From the IMG/VR virus record IMGVR_UViG_3300042939_000937: a stretch of DNA of 64,000 nucleotides. One strand, 5' to 3'. Positions within the stretch are counted from its first letter, which is position 1, and the number at the start of each line of letters is the position of its first letter. Below the pieces are notes generated by a model, which saw only the letters and a list, made by a program, of their open reading frames with translations, searched no databases and was not told where the DNA came from. The position numbers were made by a program, and so were the translations under genes. The DNA comes from an uncultured virus (IMG/VR IMGVR_UViG_3300042939_000937). Lineage: Duplodnaviria; Heunggongvirae; Uroviricota; Caudoviricetes. Positions 1 to 7,100 of the stretch are shown here, piece after piece.

Positions 1-24
1 ACCAAATCGACTTGCTTTTCTCAT

Positions 25-388
25 ATCGGGCAGCAGCCCAGGCGAGACCAAGGAATCGAACCTCGAATTATTCACCAGATCCTCGCAGTGACCCCCAGAT
101 TTGTGCATCGTTGAGAGGCATAGGGGGCTAGGGGGCTCCGGTAGTGACCCCGGAGCTGCCTGTCACTAGGCTGCCCGATGCTATGCCCGGACATTTCCGG
201 ACCACGCAGAGCGGGAACGAGGCAGGTGTCTCTACGCTGTACGTTCCCTACGTGTCACCAGCTCTGTCGTACGTTCCCTACGTGTCACCAACAGTTCAAC
301 TCCTTTTACTTTCCTTACCTCAGGCCCATGTACGTCTCCCCGGTTGGCCACTTCTGGGAAACGCCCCACCCTCGAATGTGATGGGGAA
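25..388 (-). ncRNA. Putative large structured ncRNA downstream of the tRNA pair; may extend past the window start
   Basis: No credible ORF. 10-bp long-range stem (170-179 with 25-34), several hairpins, complementary loops, a tRNA-type T-arm (CGAGG TTCGATT CCTTG) and a 22-bp direct repeat. Confidence 0.55.
239..290. repeat. 22-bp direct repeat GTACGTTCCCTACGTGTCACCA x2
   Basis: Exact copies at 239-260 and 269-290. Confidence 0.9.
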
Positions 389-460
389 CTGGCCCGGCAG
401 AGATCGAATCTGCGACATCCTGATTAACAGTCAGGCGTTCTACCGCTGAACTACAGGCCA
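389..460 (-). tRNA. trnN: tRNA-Asn (GUU)
   Basis: Cloverleaf TGGCCTG...CGGGCCAG; anticodon arm CCTGA-CTGTTAA-TCAGG; T-loop TTCGATC. Confidence 0.93.
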
Positions 461-478
461 TTGTTTGCCTTTCGGCAA

Positions 479-560
479 TGCGAGCGAGAGGACTTGAACC
501 TCCACGGATTACTCCACTGGAACCTAAACCCAGCGCGGCTGCCAATTACGCCACGCTCGC
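479..560 (-). tRNA. trnL: tRNA-Leu (UAG)
   Basis: GCGAGCG...CGCTCGCA acceptor; anticodon arm CTGGG-TTTAGGT-TCCAG; long variable arm; GGTTCAAGTCC T-arm. Confidence 0.95.
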
Positions 561-572
561 AACCACCCTTTG

Positions 573-601
573 AGTATAGCGTTTTCAGAGGGTCGGGTAA
601 A
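573..601 (-). promoter_or_regulatory. Sigma70-like promoter (TTTACC-N17-TATACT) for the tRNA/ncRNA cluster
   Basis: Matches a motif recurring at more than 12 intergenic sites in the window. Confidence 0.7.
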
Positions 602-617
602 GGACGGTTAACCGCCC

Positions 618-878
618 TCACCAATTATTCTCGAAATACTCCAGCTTCGGCCAAGTATCCTCGATCCATATCATGGTTTTCACGATATCTGCGCGAGCTT
701 TCATCTTTGTGGGTGCGATTCCGTTGTGCATGTGCGTGGAGTAAGGTCCCGACCCATCTTCCCACACCAGCATCCAGTGCCACTCTTGTTTCCCTTCGCA
801 CCACCACACCTCTGCCGAGCAGTTTCGACTGTCAAGGCGAACGGTCGTCACATAGCGATTTCCGGAGCCGGTAATCAT
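618..878 (-). CDS. Hypothetical protein
   Basis: ORF overlapping the stop of the upstream gene (ATGA). Confidence 0.6.
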   Translation of the reverse strand: MITGSGNRYVTTVRLDSRNCSAEVWWCEGKQEWHWMLVWEDGSGPYSTHMHNGIAPTKMKARADIVKTMIWIEDTWPKLEYFENNW

Positions 879-1393
879 GACTGCAGTTGTCTTGCCTTAC
901 AGTAGAGTTCTTGGTACAACGGCATACGGTCGTCGTATACTTGCTGATAGAACAAAGTGTTTCCAGTGAATCGGTAGAGCCAAGCGCGAGCGGTGTCCTC
1001 AATGACAAGTTTCGTGCTCTCCTGGTAATCAGCTGGAGACGATGGCGATGGAACCAGCTTTACATCTTTCTTAAAGTAAACGGCAGTTGCAATACTCATG
1101 GATCGCAACATATGGAACCCATCGGTAACAACGTAGAGTTCTTTGCAACCGTACCCTAGGATACGATTAACAGAAGTAGTGAAGTTGGTTACCGTGTCCC
1201 AAGCCAGAAAGTCAAGATAGTATCGGTCGGGGGAAATACCGTTTTGTGCGCAGAGATTGATACAGAGGGCCGGGTCTTCAACTGAAGAGAAGAAAAGAAA
1301 AGCGTCTGGCATCTGGGCTGCCAACTCAATCGCTTTCGGAGTGCGGCCCTGGGGGTTTCCTCCGAGTTCGAGAATAACTTTTTCAAACGTCAT
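875..1393 (-). CDS. YdcF/DUF218 (ElyC/SanA-like) protein
   Basis: LGG...AWDTVTN...VVTDGFHMLRS motifs typical of DUF218. Confidence 0.75.
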   Translation of the reverse strand: MTFEKVILELGGNPQGRTPKAIELAAQMPDAFLFFSSVEDPALCINLCAQNGISPDRYYLDFLAWDTVTNFTTSVNRILGYGCKELYVVTDGFHMLRSMSIATAVYFKKDVKLVPSPSSPADYQESTKLVIEDTARAWLYRFTGNTLFYQQVYDDRMPLYQELYCKARQLQS

Positions 1394-1452
1394 GGGTCTT
1401 GTCCATAGAGGCTTTCAGGAGGCGAATCTCTTCTTTCAGACGACGATTTTCC

Positions 1453-1653
1453 TCAACTAGCAAAGCCAGTTTCTTCAGAATCTGTTTGTCGTACTTCTCG
1501 CAGCACGATCCGTTCTCCGATGACGTCAATGTCGAGGACGGTTCCTTCGCCCCAACCCATCGCTTCAAGAAGTTCATCGGGAAAGTTAAGAACGAGATTG
1601 CCATCTTCATCTTCCTCACAGGTTGTGATAAACTTAGGACTATCGGTAAGCAT
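1453..1653 (-). CDS. AbrB/MazE/SpoVT-like DNA-binding protein
   Basis: GNLVLNFPDELLEAMGWGEGTVLDI swapped-hairpin signature. Confidence 0.7.
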   Translation of the reverse strand: MLTDSPKFITTCEEDEDGNLVLNFPDELLEAMGWGEGTVLDIDVIGERIVLREVRQTDSEETGFAS

Positions 1654-1831
1654 TGTTTTCAGAAATTACCAGTGTTTTCGTAGGATCAACCATTAACATG
1701 TCGTTTCGCATTCGATTAATGCGATCTCGATTTTTAGATGAAGTGTTTAACTCAACGATCAGAGTTTTTTCGTCTCCTACAACTTCGTAGAGTTGTAGAA
1801 CCCCTGGAGGAATGAAACGAGGTGGAATCAT
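1640..1831 (-). CDS. Hypothetical protein
   Basis: ORF in tight gene array. Confidence 0.55.
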   Translation of the reverse strand: MIPPRFIPPGVLQLYEVVGDEKTLIVELNTSSKNRDRINRMRNDMLMVDPTKTLVISENNAYR

Positions 1832-2034
1832 TGTTCTGCTTCCACAATCTGGACAGCACTGTCATCTTCTCCCTCTTCGTGCAGAGATCGAGTGGCGGCG
1901 GCAACCGAGAAAAACTCCTTGCCTTGCTCGTTCCATCCAAGACCATCCCAAGCTAAACCTTTTCCGTTGATAACCAGGAACATCTTTCAAGGTGAGTGCT
2001 GGTATTAGTTTAACGGAAGGTGGGAGCCGTAAAC

Positions 2035-2472
2035 TTAGTGGCCCAGCCAAGCCTGAAGCAGGTAGGTGTCCCTTAAGATGGTGTTGCTGGCTCCGCCCAA
2101 GTGGTCGGATAGAGCCACCATGCGGGGGTCGTGGTCTTTGTCGACACAGAAGCGGAAGAACATTCCGACAGAACTATTGGCCGCCATCACATAGTCAAGA
2201 ACCAACTCAACTAAGGTGTTCGCGTCGTAGTAGTCCATTGAGATGCCCGGTCCGGAGAACATTGAGAAATCCGGATTGAATCCGGCCGCACGGAGCAACT
2301 CAATGTGGGAGTCCATAATGCCTGCCAGGTCGTCGTAGATTCTGGAAAACATTAGGTGAGCCGAATAATACTGGTCTCCACGGCAATTCCAATGTGCCAT
2401 TCGGGCGACAATAATCGCGTCATTAAGGTATTTCGTGGACTTGGTCGCAAGGACCGACAGTTCTTCACCCAT
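2035..2472 (-). CDS. dps: Dps/ferritin-like protein
   Basis: AHWNCRG..Y.SAHLMFSRIYD...D..IE ferroxidase pattern. Confidence 0.75.
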   Translation of the reverse strand: MGEELSVLATKSTKYLNDAIIVARMAHWNCRGDQYYSAHLMFSRIYDDLAGIMDSHIELLRAAGFNPDFSMFSGPGISMDYYDANTLVELVLDYVMAANSSVGMFFRFCVDKDHDPRMVALSDHLGGASNTILRDTYLLQAWLGH

Positions 2473-2496
2473 GGCCTTTTCGCTCGATTGTAGCTT

Positions 2497-3129
2497 TTAC
2501 CCTGCTTTCGCCCATAGTTCCCCTTCGGCCTGACGCCGCCTGCGCAATCCAGCCTCAAAGGTTGTGCCGGGGTTTACATATAGCCTCAGGGCAGCGGGGA
2601 CTTGGGACCAGTTTTCTTTCTTGCTTAACGCTTTGGTAATGGTGTTGAAACCGGCACCACCGTAAAAGTGGGAACCGAGATTGTAGGCAAAAGACACTAT
2701 GGCAGCTTTCTGATTGCCATTCATTACGCCCCATGTAGGGATGCTACGAGAGAGGATCGGAACAATGGCATTCTCAATGTGGTAGTTGAGCAATTCTTCC
2801 GCTTTCGCCTTGCTGATTGAAGCATCTGATGAATTCACAAGGGTGCCATTCGGGTAGTAGGTTGTCCCGTATCCGATCGTCCAGACCCCTGCTGGACACT
2901 TGTAGGGTTGCCCGCGATAGCCTTCAAACTCTGCGATGATCTCAGCAGCTTTATCTAAATAGGTGGTGTCACCGGTCGCCCCACGGAAAACTTTCACCCA
3001 CTCTGCGCCATCATTCATTACTTGAGCAGCGTGCTTCTGCAGCAGGTCCGCCGCTTTCTTGTGGTTTGGATTCTCGTCATCGAAACTAAGGAAAAAATCT
3101 CGAAGTTTTGTGGGTTGCCAGTCGGTCAT
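2497..3129 (-). CDS. Lysozyme (GH24) endolysin with N-terminal extension
   Basis: FEGYRGQPYKCPAGVWTIGYGTT, FAYNLG, GLRRRRQAE. Confidence 0.9.
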   Translation of the reverse strand: MTDWQPTKLRDFFLSFDDENPNHKKAADLLQKHAAQVMNDGAEWVKVFRGATGDTTYLDKAAEIIAEFEGYRGQPYKCPAGVWTIGYGTTYYPNGTLVNSSDASISKAKAEELLNYHIENAIVPILSRSIPTWGVMNGNQKAAIVSFAYNLGSHFYGGAGFNTITKALSKKENWSQVPAALRLYVNPGTTFEAGLRRRRQAEGELWAKAG

Positions 3130-3383
3130 TGTGCTTGCGAGTAAAGTTCTACTGAGACGGATTTCCCATGCTGATGCACAGCCAGGAATTCCTGGTCGGG
3201 ATTGTAATTCGCCAGAGAATCGGCGAGGCGTTCCGAGAATGAGTCTTTTCCTTCCTCTTTGGGCAAAGCGCTAATGAACTTAACGACTTCGTCCCAGGTA
3301 AGAAAGTTACAATGCTCCTCATCGTAGAAAGTCACTCCCCTGCGACCCACGTTTTCTTGAAAACATTTAACGAGGTGTTTCAT
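3126..3383 (-). CDS. Hypothetical protein
   Basis: ORF overlapping lysozyme start. Confidence 0.6.
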   Translation of the reverse strand: MKHLVKCFQENVGRRGVTFYDEEHCNFLTWDEVVKFISALPKEEGKDSFSERLADSLANYNPDQEFLAVHQHGKSVSVELYSQAQ

Positions 3384-3551
3384 TACAGTTCTCTACGCAT
3401 CGGAACGAGCGCTCCCCGAATTCGCAGTTTCGGTATGAGCCTGGGCTCAGAGATTAAGGGTGCTGAGCGAGTGCAGGCATCTTTCCCATTCAAATCTTGC
3501 GAACCCTCCGAGGAGGCGGCAATGTCAAAGCTCTGGTCAGTTTCCTGCATT

Positions 3552-4211
3552 TTAGTACTTAATCTGCCATTGGTCGGGGCCTTTCTCGATGATCTGGAAA
3601 GGGTACTTCTTGGCCTGTTCTCCTGGAGGGGAGTCGTAGAAAATGCCAGAGAAAGATTTTCCGTCGTCCGACAGCAAGTAGTTGTTCGCCGCTGTGGGGG
3701 GATTTCCTTCTGCGTCGGTTACGTCGGTCACTCCGTCGCGATAAACGGATGCGATCACTTTCTTCAAGAAAAGCTCCATCTTCTCGCTCAGAGGGTCATC
3801 TTGCTGCCCCGTTGGCTCTTCTACCACCGTTTCTGCTTCGATGACTTCCTCTGCAAAGTCAAACTCGGAAAAGTCAAACTCGGGGTCTTCAATTTCAAAC
3901 TGCAGGTGGCTCGGTTGGATCTCTACGATGCTGTTCCGATCTGAAAACTGAGCTGGGTCTGCGTATAAGAGTAAATCGACAACTTCGCAGTATTCCTCAT
4001 ACGTTGCGTCCGGCCCAAGGTTAACCCGGTCAATCAGGTCCAGCATTGAGACTTTGCCGTCAGAATACTCGTGTCGGAGATTCTCAAGATACGACTGAGG
4101 AAATTGCGATACATCGCCCCCCGTGGCTTCCCAGAGAAAATCTGCAACGCGACGAGCCCCTTCCGTAAAGGACTGATCTTTGCCGAACTTCGGATTGCGA
4201 TCGAATACCAT
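3552..4211 (-). CDS. Acidic hypothetical protein, paralog of 37770-38429
   Basis: Shared motifs LWEATGGD/LWQASNGD and NNYLLSDDG/NNFLQEDDG. Confidence 0.75.
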   Translation of the reverse strand: MVFDRNPKFGKDQSFTEGARRVADFLWEATGGDVSQFPQSYLENLRHEYSDGKVSMLDLIDRVNLGPDATYEEYCEVVDLLLYADPAQFSDRNSIVEIQPSHLQFEIEDPEFDFSEFDFAEEVIEAETVVEEPTGQQDDPLSEKMELFLKKVIASVYRDGVTDVTDAEGNPPTAANNYLLSDDGKSFSGIFYDSPPGEQAKKYPFQIIEKGPDQWQIKY

Positions 4212-4262
4212 GGCGGATACCTGTGCTACCCGCTATTATACCCGTTTTCAGGGTGTTGTAAA

Positions 4263-4484
4263 CTAAAGTTCGGGATTCTGAAACCGAGGGTTGCGAGTTC
4301 CACCGGCATGCCAAATTTTCAGAATGCGAATACCCTGGTCCCAGTAATGGTCAAATACTTTTACAGAACTGTAGCTGCGTACGAGGTCTATCGTTCCGTT
4401 GGCGCGACGTACCAGCTTGCAATCGTTCGTCAGTTTTTTAACATCTAGTTCAGCGAGGTCCACATCTTTCCGCAACAGTTCCAT
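4263..4484 (-). CDS. Hypothetical protein (start probably MELLRKD)
   Basis: Part of track ORF 4263-4568; the longer start overlaps a terminator. Confidence 0.55.
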   Translation of the reverse strand: MELLRKDVDLAELDVKKLTNDCKLVRRANGTIDLVRSYSSVKVFDHYWDQGIRILKIWHAGGTRNPRFQNPEL

Positions 4485-4537
4485 GCGAATCTTGCTATGT
4501 AGGGTAATTTTACCTCTAAAGGTAGTCGAAATAGTCG

Positions 4538-4558
4538 AAAAGGGAGGTTGCCCTCCCT
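4538..4558 (-). terminator. Intrinsic terminator after the riboswitch operon
   Basis: GGGAGG-GCAA-CCTCCC-TTTT. Confidence 0.75.
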
Positions 4559-4564
4559 GTGTTT

Positions 4565-4663
4565 TCAAACAATGCCTTTCGGTGTGTTTGAAGCGTATTG
4601 CTTCTCAATACGGGCGTTCGCTTTCATTTTGGCAAACAGCCAGGTTAGGAATGCGGGTTTCAT
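4565..4663 (-). CDS. 32-aa peptide MKPAFLTWLFAKMKANARIEKQYASNTPKGIV
   Basis: ATGA overlap with the upstream peptide; ends before the terminator; below the ORF-track cutoff. Confidence 0.5.
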   Translation of the reverse strand: MKPAFLTWLFAKMKANARIEKQYASNTPKGIV

Positions 4664-4791
4664 TTGCGCACCTCCACCACCTCAGTGTGCCGAGTGCCAC
4701 GATAGGTTTCGGCGACAATGTGTTTTTCAGTGGGTGCGCTCTTGCGAGCATCGGTGTCATAACGGACACCACGATAAGTAGCGATTGACAT
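4660..4791 (-). CDS. DUF4278-like peptide (43 aa, MSIATYRGVRYDTD...ETYRGTRH)
   Basis: Duplicated TYRG motif; GGAG Shine-Dalgarno; follows a glutamine riboswitch. Confidence 0.75.
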   Translation of the reverse strand: MSIATYRGVRYDTDARKSAPTEKHIVAETYRGTRHTEVVEVRK

Positions 4792-4816
4792 TGCAGTCTC
4801 CAGTGGGATGAGCAAT

Positions 4817-4866
4817 GCGTTCCTTCGGCGTGAGCCTACTTCCGTCCTGCTTCGCAGGATGAACGG
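4817..4866 (-). promoter_or_regulatory. Glutamine riboswitch (glnA motif, class I)
   Basis: CGTTCATCCTGCGAAGCAGGACGGAAGTAGGCTCACGCCGAAGGAACGC matches the CGUU..P2..CGGAAGUA..P3..GAAGGAACG consensus. Confidence 0.85.
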
Positions 4867-5188
4867 TAGTTATTGTTACCCTTTGCCGTCAGAGTAATAC
4901 GATAAGTAAGGGGATGGCAAGGGTGGAGAGCCCGATGACTGTTCCTAGAAGGAAATCAATCACGGGCCTCAGACTGTGTTCGGGCATTTTGACGAAGAGA
5001 AATCTCGCGCTTGTTGACTTTGCTTGAAGCGGTGGAGAATACCACCACCACCGATGCCAGGCCAGCGAGGCCAATCACAGCGAGGGCGAGGTCGGATGCG
5101 GAGAAGTTGGACCAGGTTTCCATGAGTGGTTTGTTTTGACTGAGTTTAGTATAGCGCGGGCTGCGCCCGCAGTAAAAGACGGTTTACA

Positions 5189-5866
5189 CTACCTCTTGGG
5201 CGGGAACCCGAACTTCAGAACGTAGTCTTTAAATGTCTCAGATAAATTTTTTCTAGACTCTATGTCCCACTTTATTCTTTCTTCCCCTACAATGTAACCC
5301 CACCGGGAGAGGTTAGCCATTCTGTTACCTTTTATTCTACTCTCCTCATTGTACACTCCAACTTTCATTTGTCTACGGGTCTCTACTGAGTTAGCACCCC
5401 CTATTTTTCCTCCTTCGGCTTTCTTTTTGCGAACTTGAGGGGTGTTACCTTTCAGAGCGATTTCTCTCTGGGTATCACTATCCCACCGCCCTACGCCAGC
5501 AATACGTTGAGCTTCGTGCCCTGCAACAGCGCCCCTCTTTCCCATCTCGCTCTGAAACTCAGAGTCCCAGAATCCTATTTTTCCTTCCTTACGGACTTCT
5601 ACGCTTTTTTGAATAATTTCTTCCCTTGCTTCTTCTGTTTGCCCGATCCTCCATAGCCAAGCGGCTTTGTCTTCACGTTGGCCGTATGTCAACCACCGGT
5701 AATAGTGAAGTAGCGCGTGGTCGTTCAGAGATGCGCGAGCATTCAATGGGGATTCGTCAGAGGATTCCTTAGTGTGGTGGGGTGGTTCATGGTGTAACTC
5801 TGTCATTACACCTGCGTCGTATGTGATGGATCTCACATACTCAAGAAATTGAAAATAGATATTCAT
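5189..5866 (-). CDS. Free-standing HNH-type homing endonuclease downstream of psbA
   Basis: ELHHEPP...HALLHYYRW His-rich N-terminus; basic Gly repeats (GFWDSEFQ, GRWDSDTQ). Confidence 0.65.
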   Translation of the reverse strand: MNIYFQFLEYVRSITYDAGVMTELHHEPPHHTKESSDESPLNARASLNDHALLHYYRWLTYGQREDKAAWLWRIGQTEEAREEIIQKSVEVRKEGKIGFWDSEFQSEMGKRGAVAGHEAQRIAGVGRWDSDTQREIALKGNTPQVRKKKAEGGKIGGANSVETRRQMKVGVYNEESRIKGNRMANLSRWGYIVGEERIKWDIESRKNLSETFKDYVLKFGFPPKR

Positions 5867-5872
5867 AAAAAA

Positions 5873-5911
5873 GTCCTCAAAGTCATTATAACCTTGAGGA
5901 CAGAAAGTAAA
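5873..5911 (-). promoter_or_regulatory. Promoter (TTTACT-N15-TATAAT) embedded in an SD-sequestering hairpin
   Basis: GTCCTCAAGGTTA-TAA-TGACTTTGAGGAC; the -10 overlaps the loop and GAGGA lies in the 3' arm. Confidence 0.7.
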
Positions 5912-5917
5912 CTCAAA

Positions 5918-6997
5918 TCAACCGATTGCCGGAGCAGTCAGGGCGACAGGTGTGGAACTGGCTGCTGCCAGGTCAAGGGGGAAATTGTGTGCGTTCCGTT
6001 CGTGTTGAACTTCAATTCCCAGGTTGGCCCGGTTAAGGATGTCTGCCCAAGTAGGAATAACATTCCCTTGGTGGTCGAGGATTGATTGATTGAAGTTCAG
6101 CCCATTTAAGTTAACTGAGGACAATGCAATACCCATTGAAGCGCACCAAATGCCAATCACAGGGAATGCAGCGAGAAGGAAGTGCAGGCTGCGGCTGTTG
6201 TTGAAGGAGGCATACTGGAACAGGAGACGACCGAAATAGGCATGTGCTGCCACAATATTGTACGTCTCTTCCTCTTGTCCAAACTTGTACCCGTTGTTGT
6301 GAGACTCGGTTTCAGTTGTCTCTCGAATCAAGGAGCTGGTCACCAAACTCCCGTGCATGGCACTAAACAACGCACCACCAAAAACACCAGCAACTCCCAG
6401 CATATGCAGAGGATTCATTAGGATGTTATGTTCAGCGGTAAAGACAATCATATAGTTGAAAGTTCCGCTAATACCTAAAGGCATCGCATCACTAAAACTA
6501 CCCTGCCCCGAAGGATAAATCATGAACACGGCAAACGCAGCGGACACTGGAGCCATATAGGCCACAAAAATCCACGGGCGCATACCTAGATAATATGAGA
6601 GCTCCCACTGACGACCGGCATAGCAAGTGATGCCGATAAGGAAGTGGAAGACGATCAATTGAAAAGGTCCACCATTGTAGAGGAACTCATCAAGACTCGC
6701 AGCTTCCCAGATGGGATAAAAGTGCAGGCCAATCGCATTGGAACTAGGCACAACAGCAGCAGAGATGATGTTGTTGCCGTAAAGGAATGAACCAGCCACC
6801 GGCTCACGAATTCCGTCGATATCGACAGGAGGTGCGGCAATAATTGCCAGAACAAAAACGATAGCGGCAACTGACAAACATGGGATCATCAAAACCCCGA
6901 AGTTGCCAATAAAAATACGGTTGTCAGTAGAGGTTACCCAACCATTGAAACGTGCCCAGAGATTTTCAGATGGGCGTTGTAAAACAGAAGAAGCCAT
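5918..6997 (-). CDS. psbA: Photosystem II D1 protein, divergent
   Basis: [46 protein letters not shown]. Confidence 0.99.
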   Translation of the reverse strand: MASSVLQRPSENLWARFNGWVTSTDNRIFIGNFGVLMIPCLSVAAIVFVLAIIAAPPVDIDGIREPVAGSFLYGNNIISAAVVPSSNAIGLHFYPIWEAASLDEFLYNGGPFQLIVFHFLIGITCYAGRQWELSYYLGMRPWIFVAYMAPVSAAFAVFMIYPSGQGSFSDAMPLGISGTFNYMIVFTAEHNILMNPLHMLGVAGVFGGALFSAMHGSLVTSSLIRETTETESHNNGYKFGQEEETYNIVAAHAYFGRLLFQYASFNNSRSLHFLLAAFPVIGIWCASMGIALSSVNLNGLNFNQSILDHQGNVIPTWADILNRANLGIEVQHERNAHNFPLDLAAASSTPVALTAPAIG

Positions 6998-7072
6998 TAG
7001 TCATAGTAAGTACATGTGCGAGAATGACTCAGGGGCAGGGATCCTTGCACTCGGAACGCCCCCTACACATGT

Positions 7073-7099
7073 ATTATACCTTTCGTTTCGAAATGTAAA
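7073..7099 (-). promoter_or_regulatory. psbA promoter TTTACA-N15-TATAAT
   Basis: Recurrent motif match. Confidence 0.7.
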
Positions 7100-7100
7100 C

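Noticed and set aside
40..90. Third tRNA or tmRNA
   Set aside because: T-arm present but no D or anticodon arm and no tmRNA GGGGC..GAC 5' end or tag frame; treated as part of the putative ncRNA
239..290. Direct repeat as a CRISPR mini-array
   Set aside because: Only two copies with an 8-nt spacer, and no cas genes in the window
144..874. Track ORFs overlapping the tRNA/ncRNA region
   Set aside because: They overlap clear tRNAs and structured RNA and have no protein-like features
5918..6997. Intron in psbA, or a rogue/chlorophyll f synthase-type D1
   Set aside because: The ORF is continuous and all Mn-cluster ligands are intact
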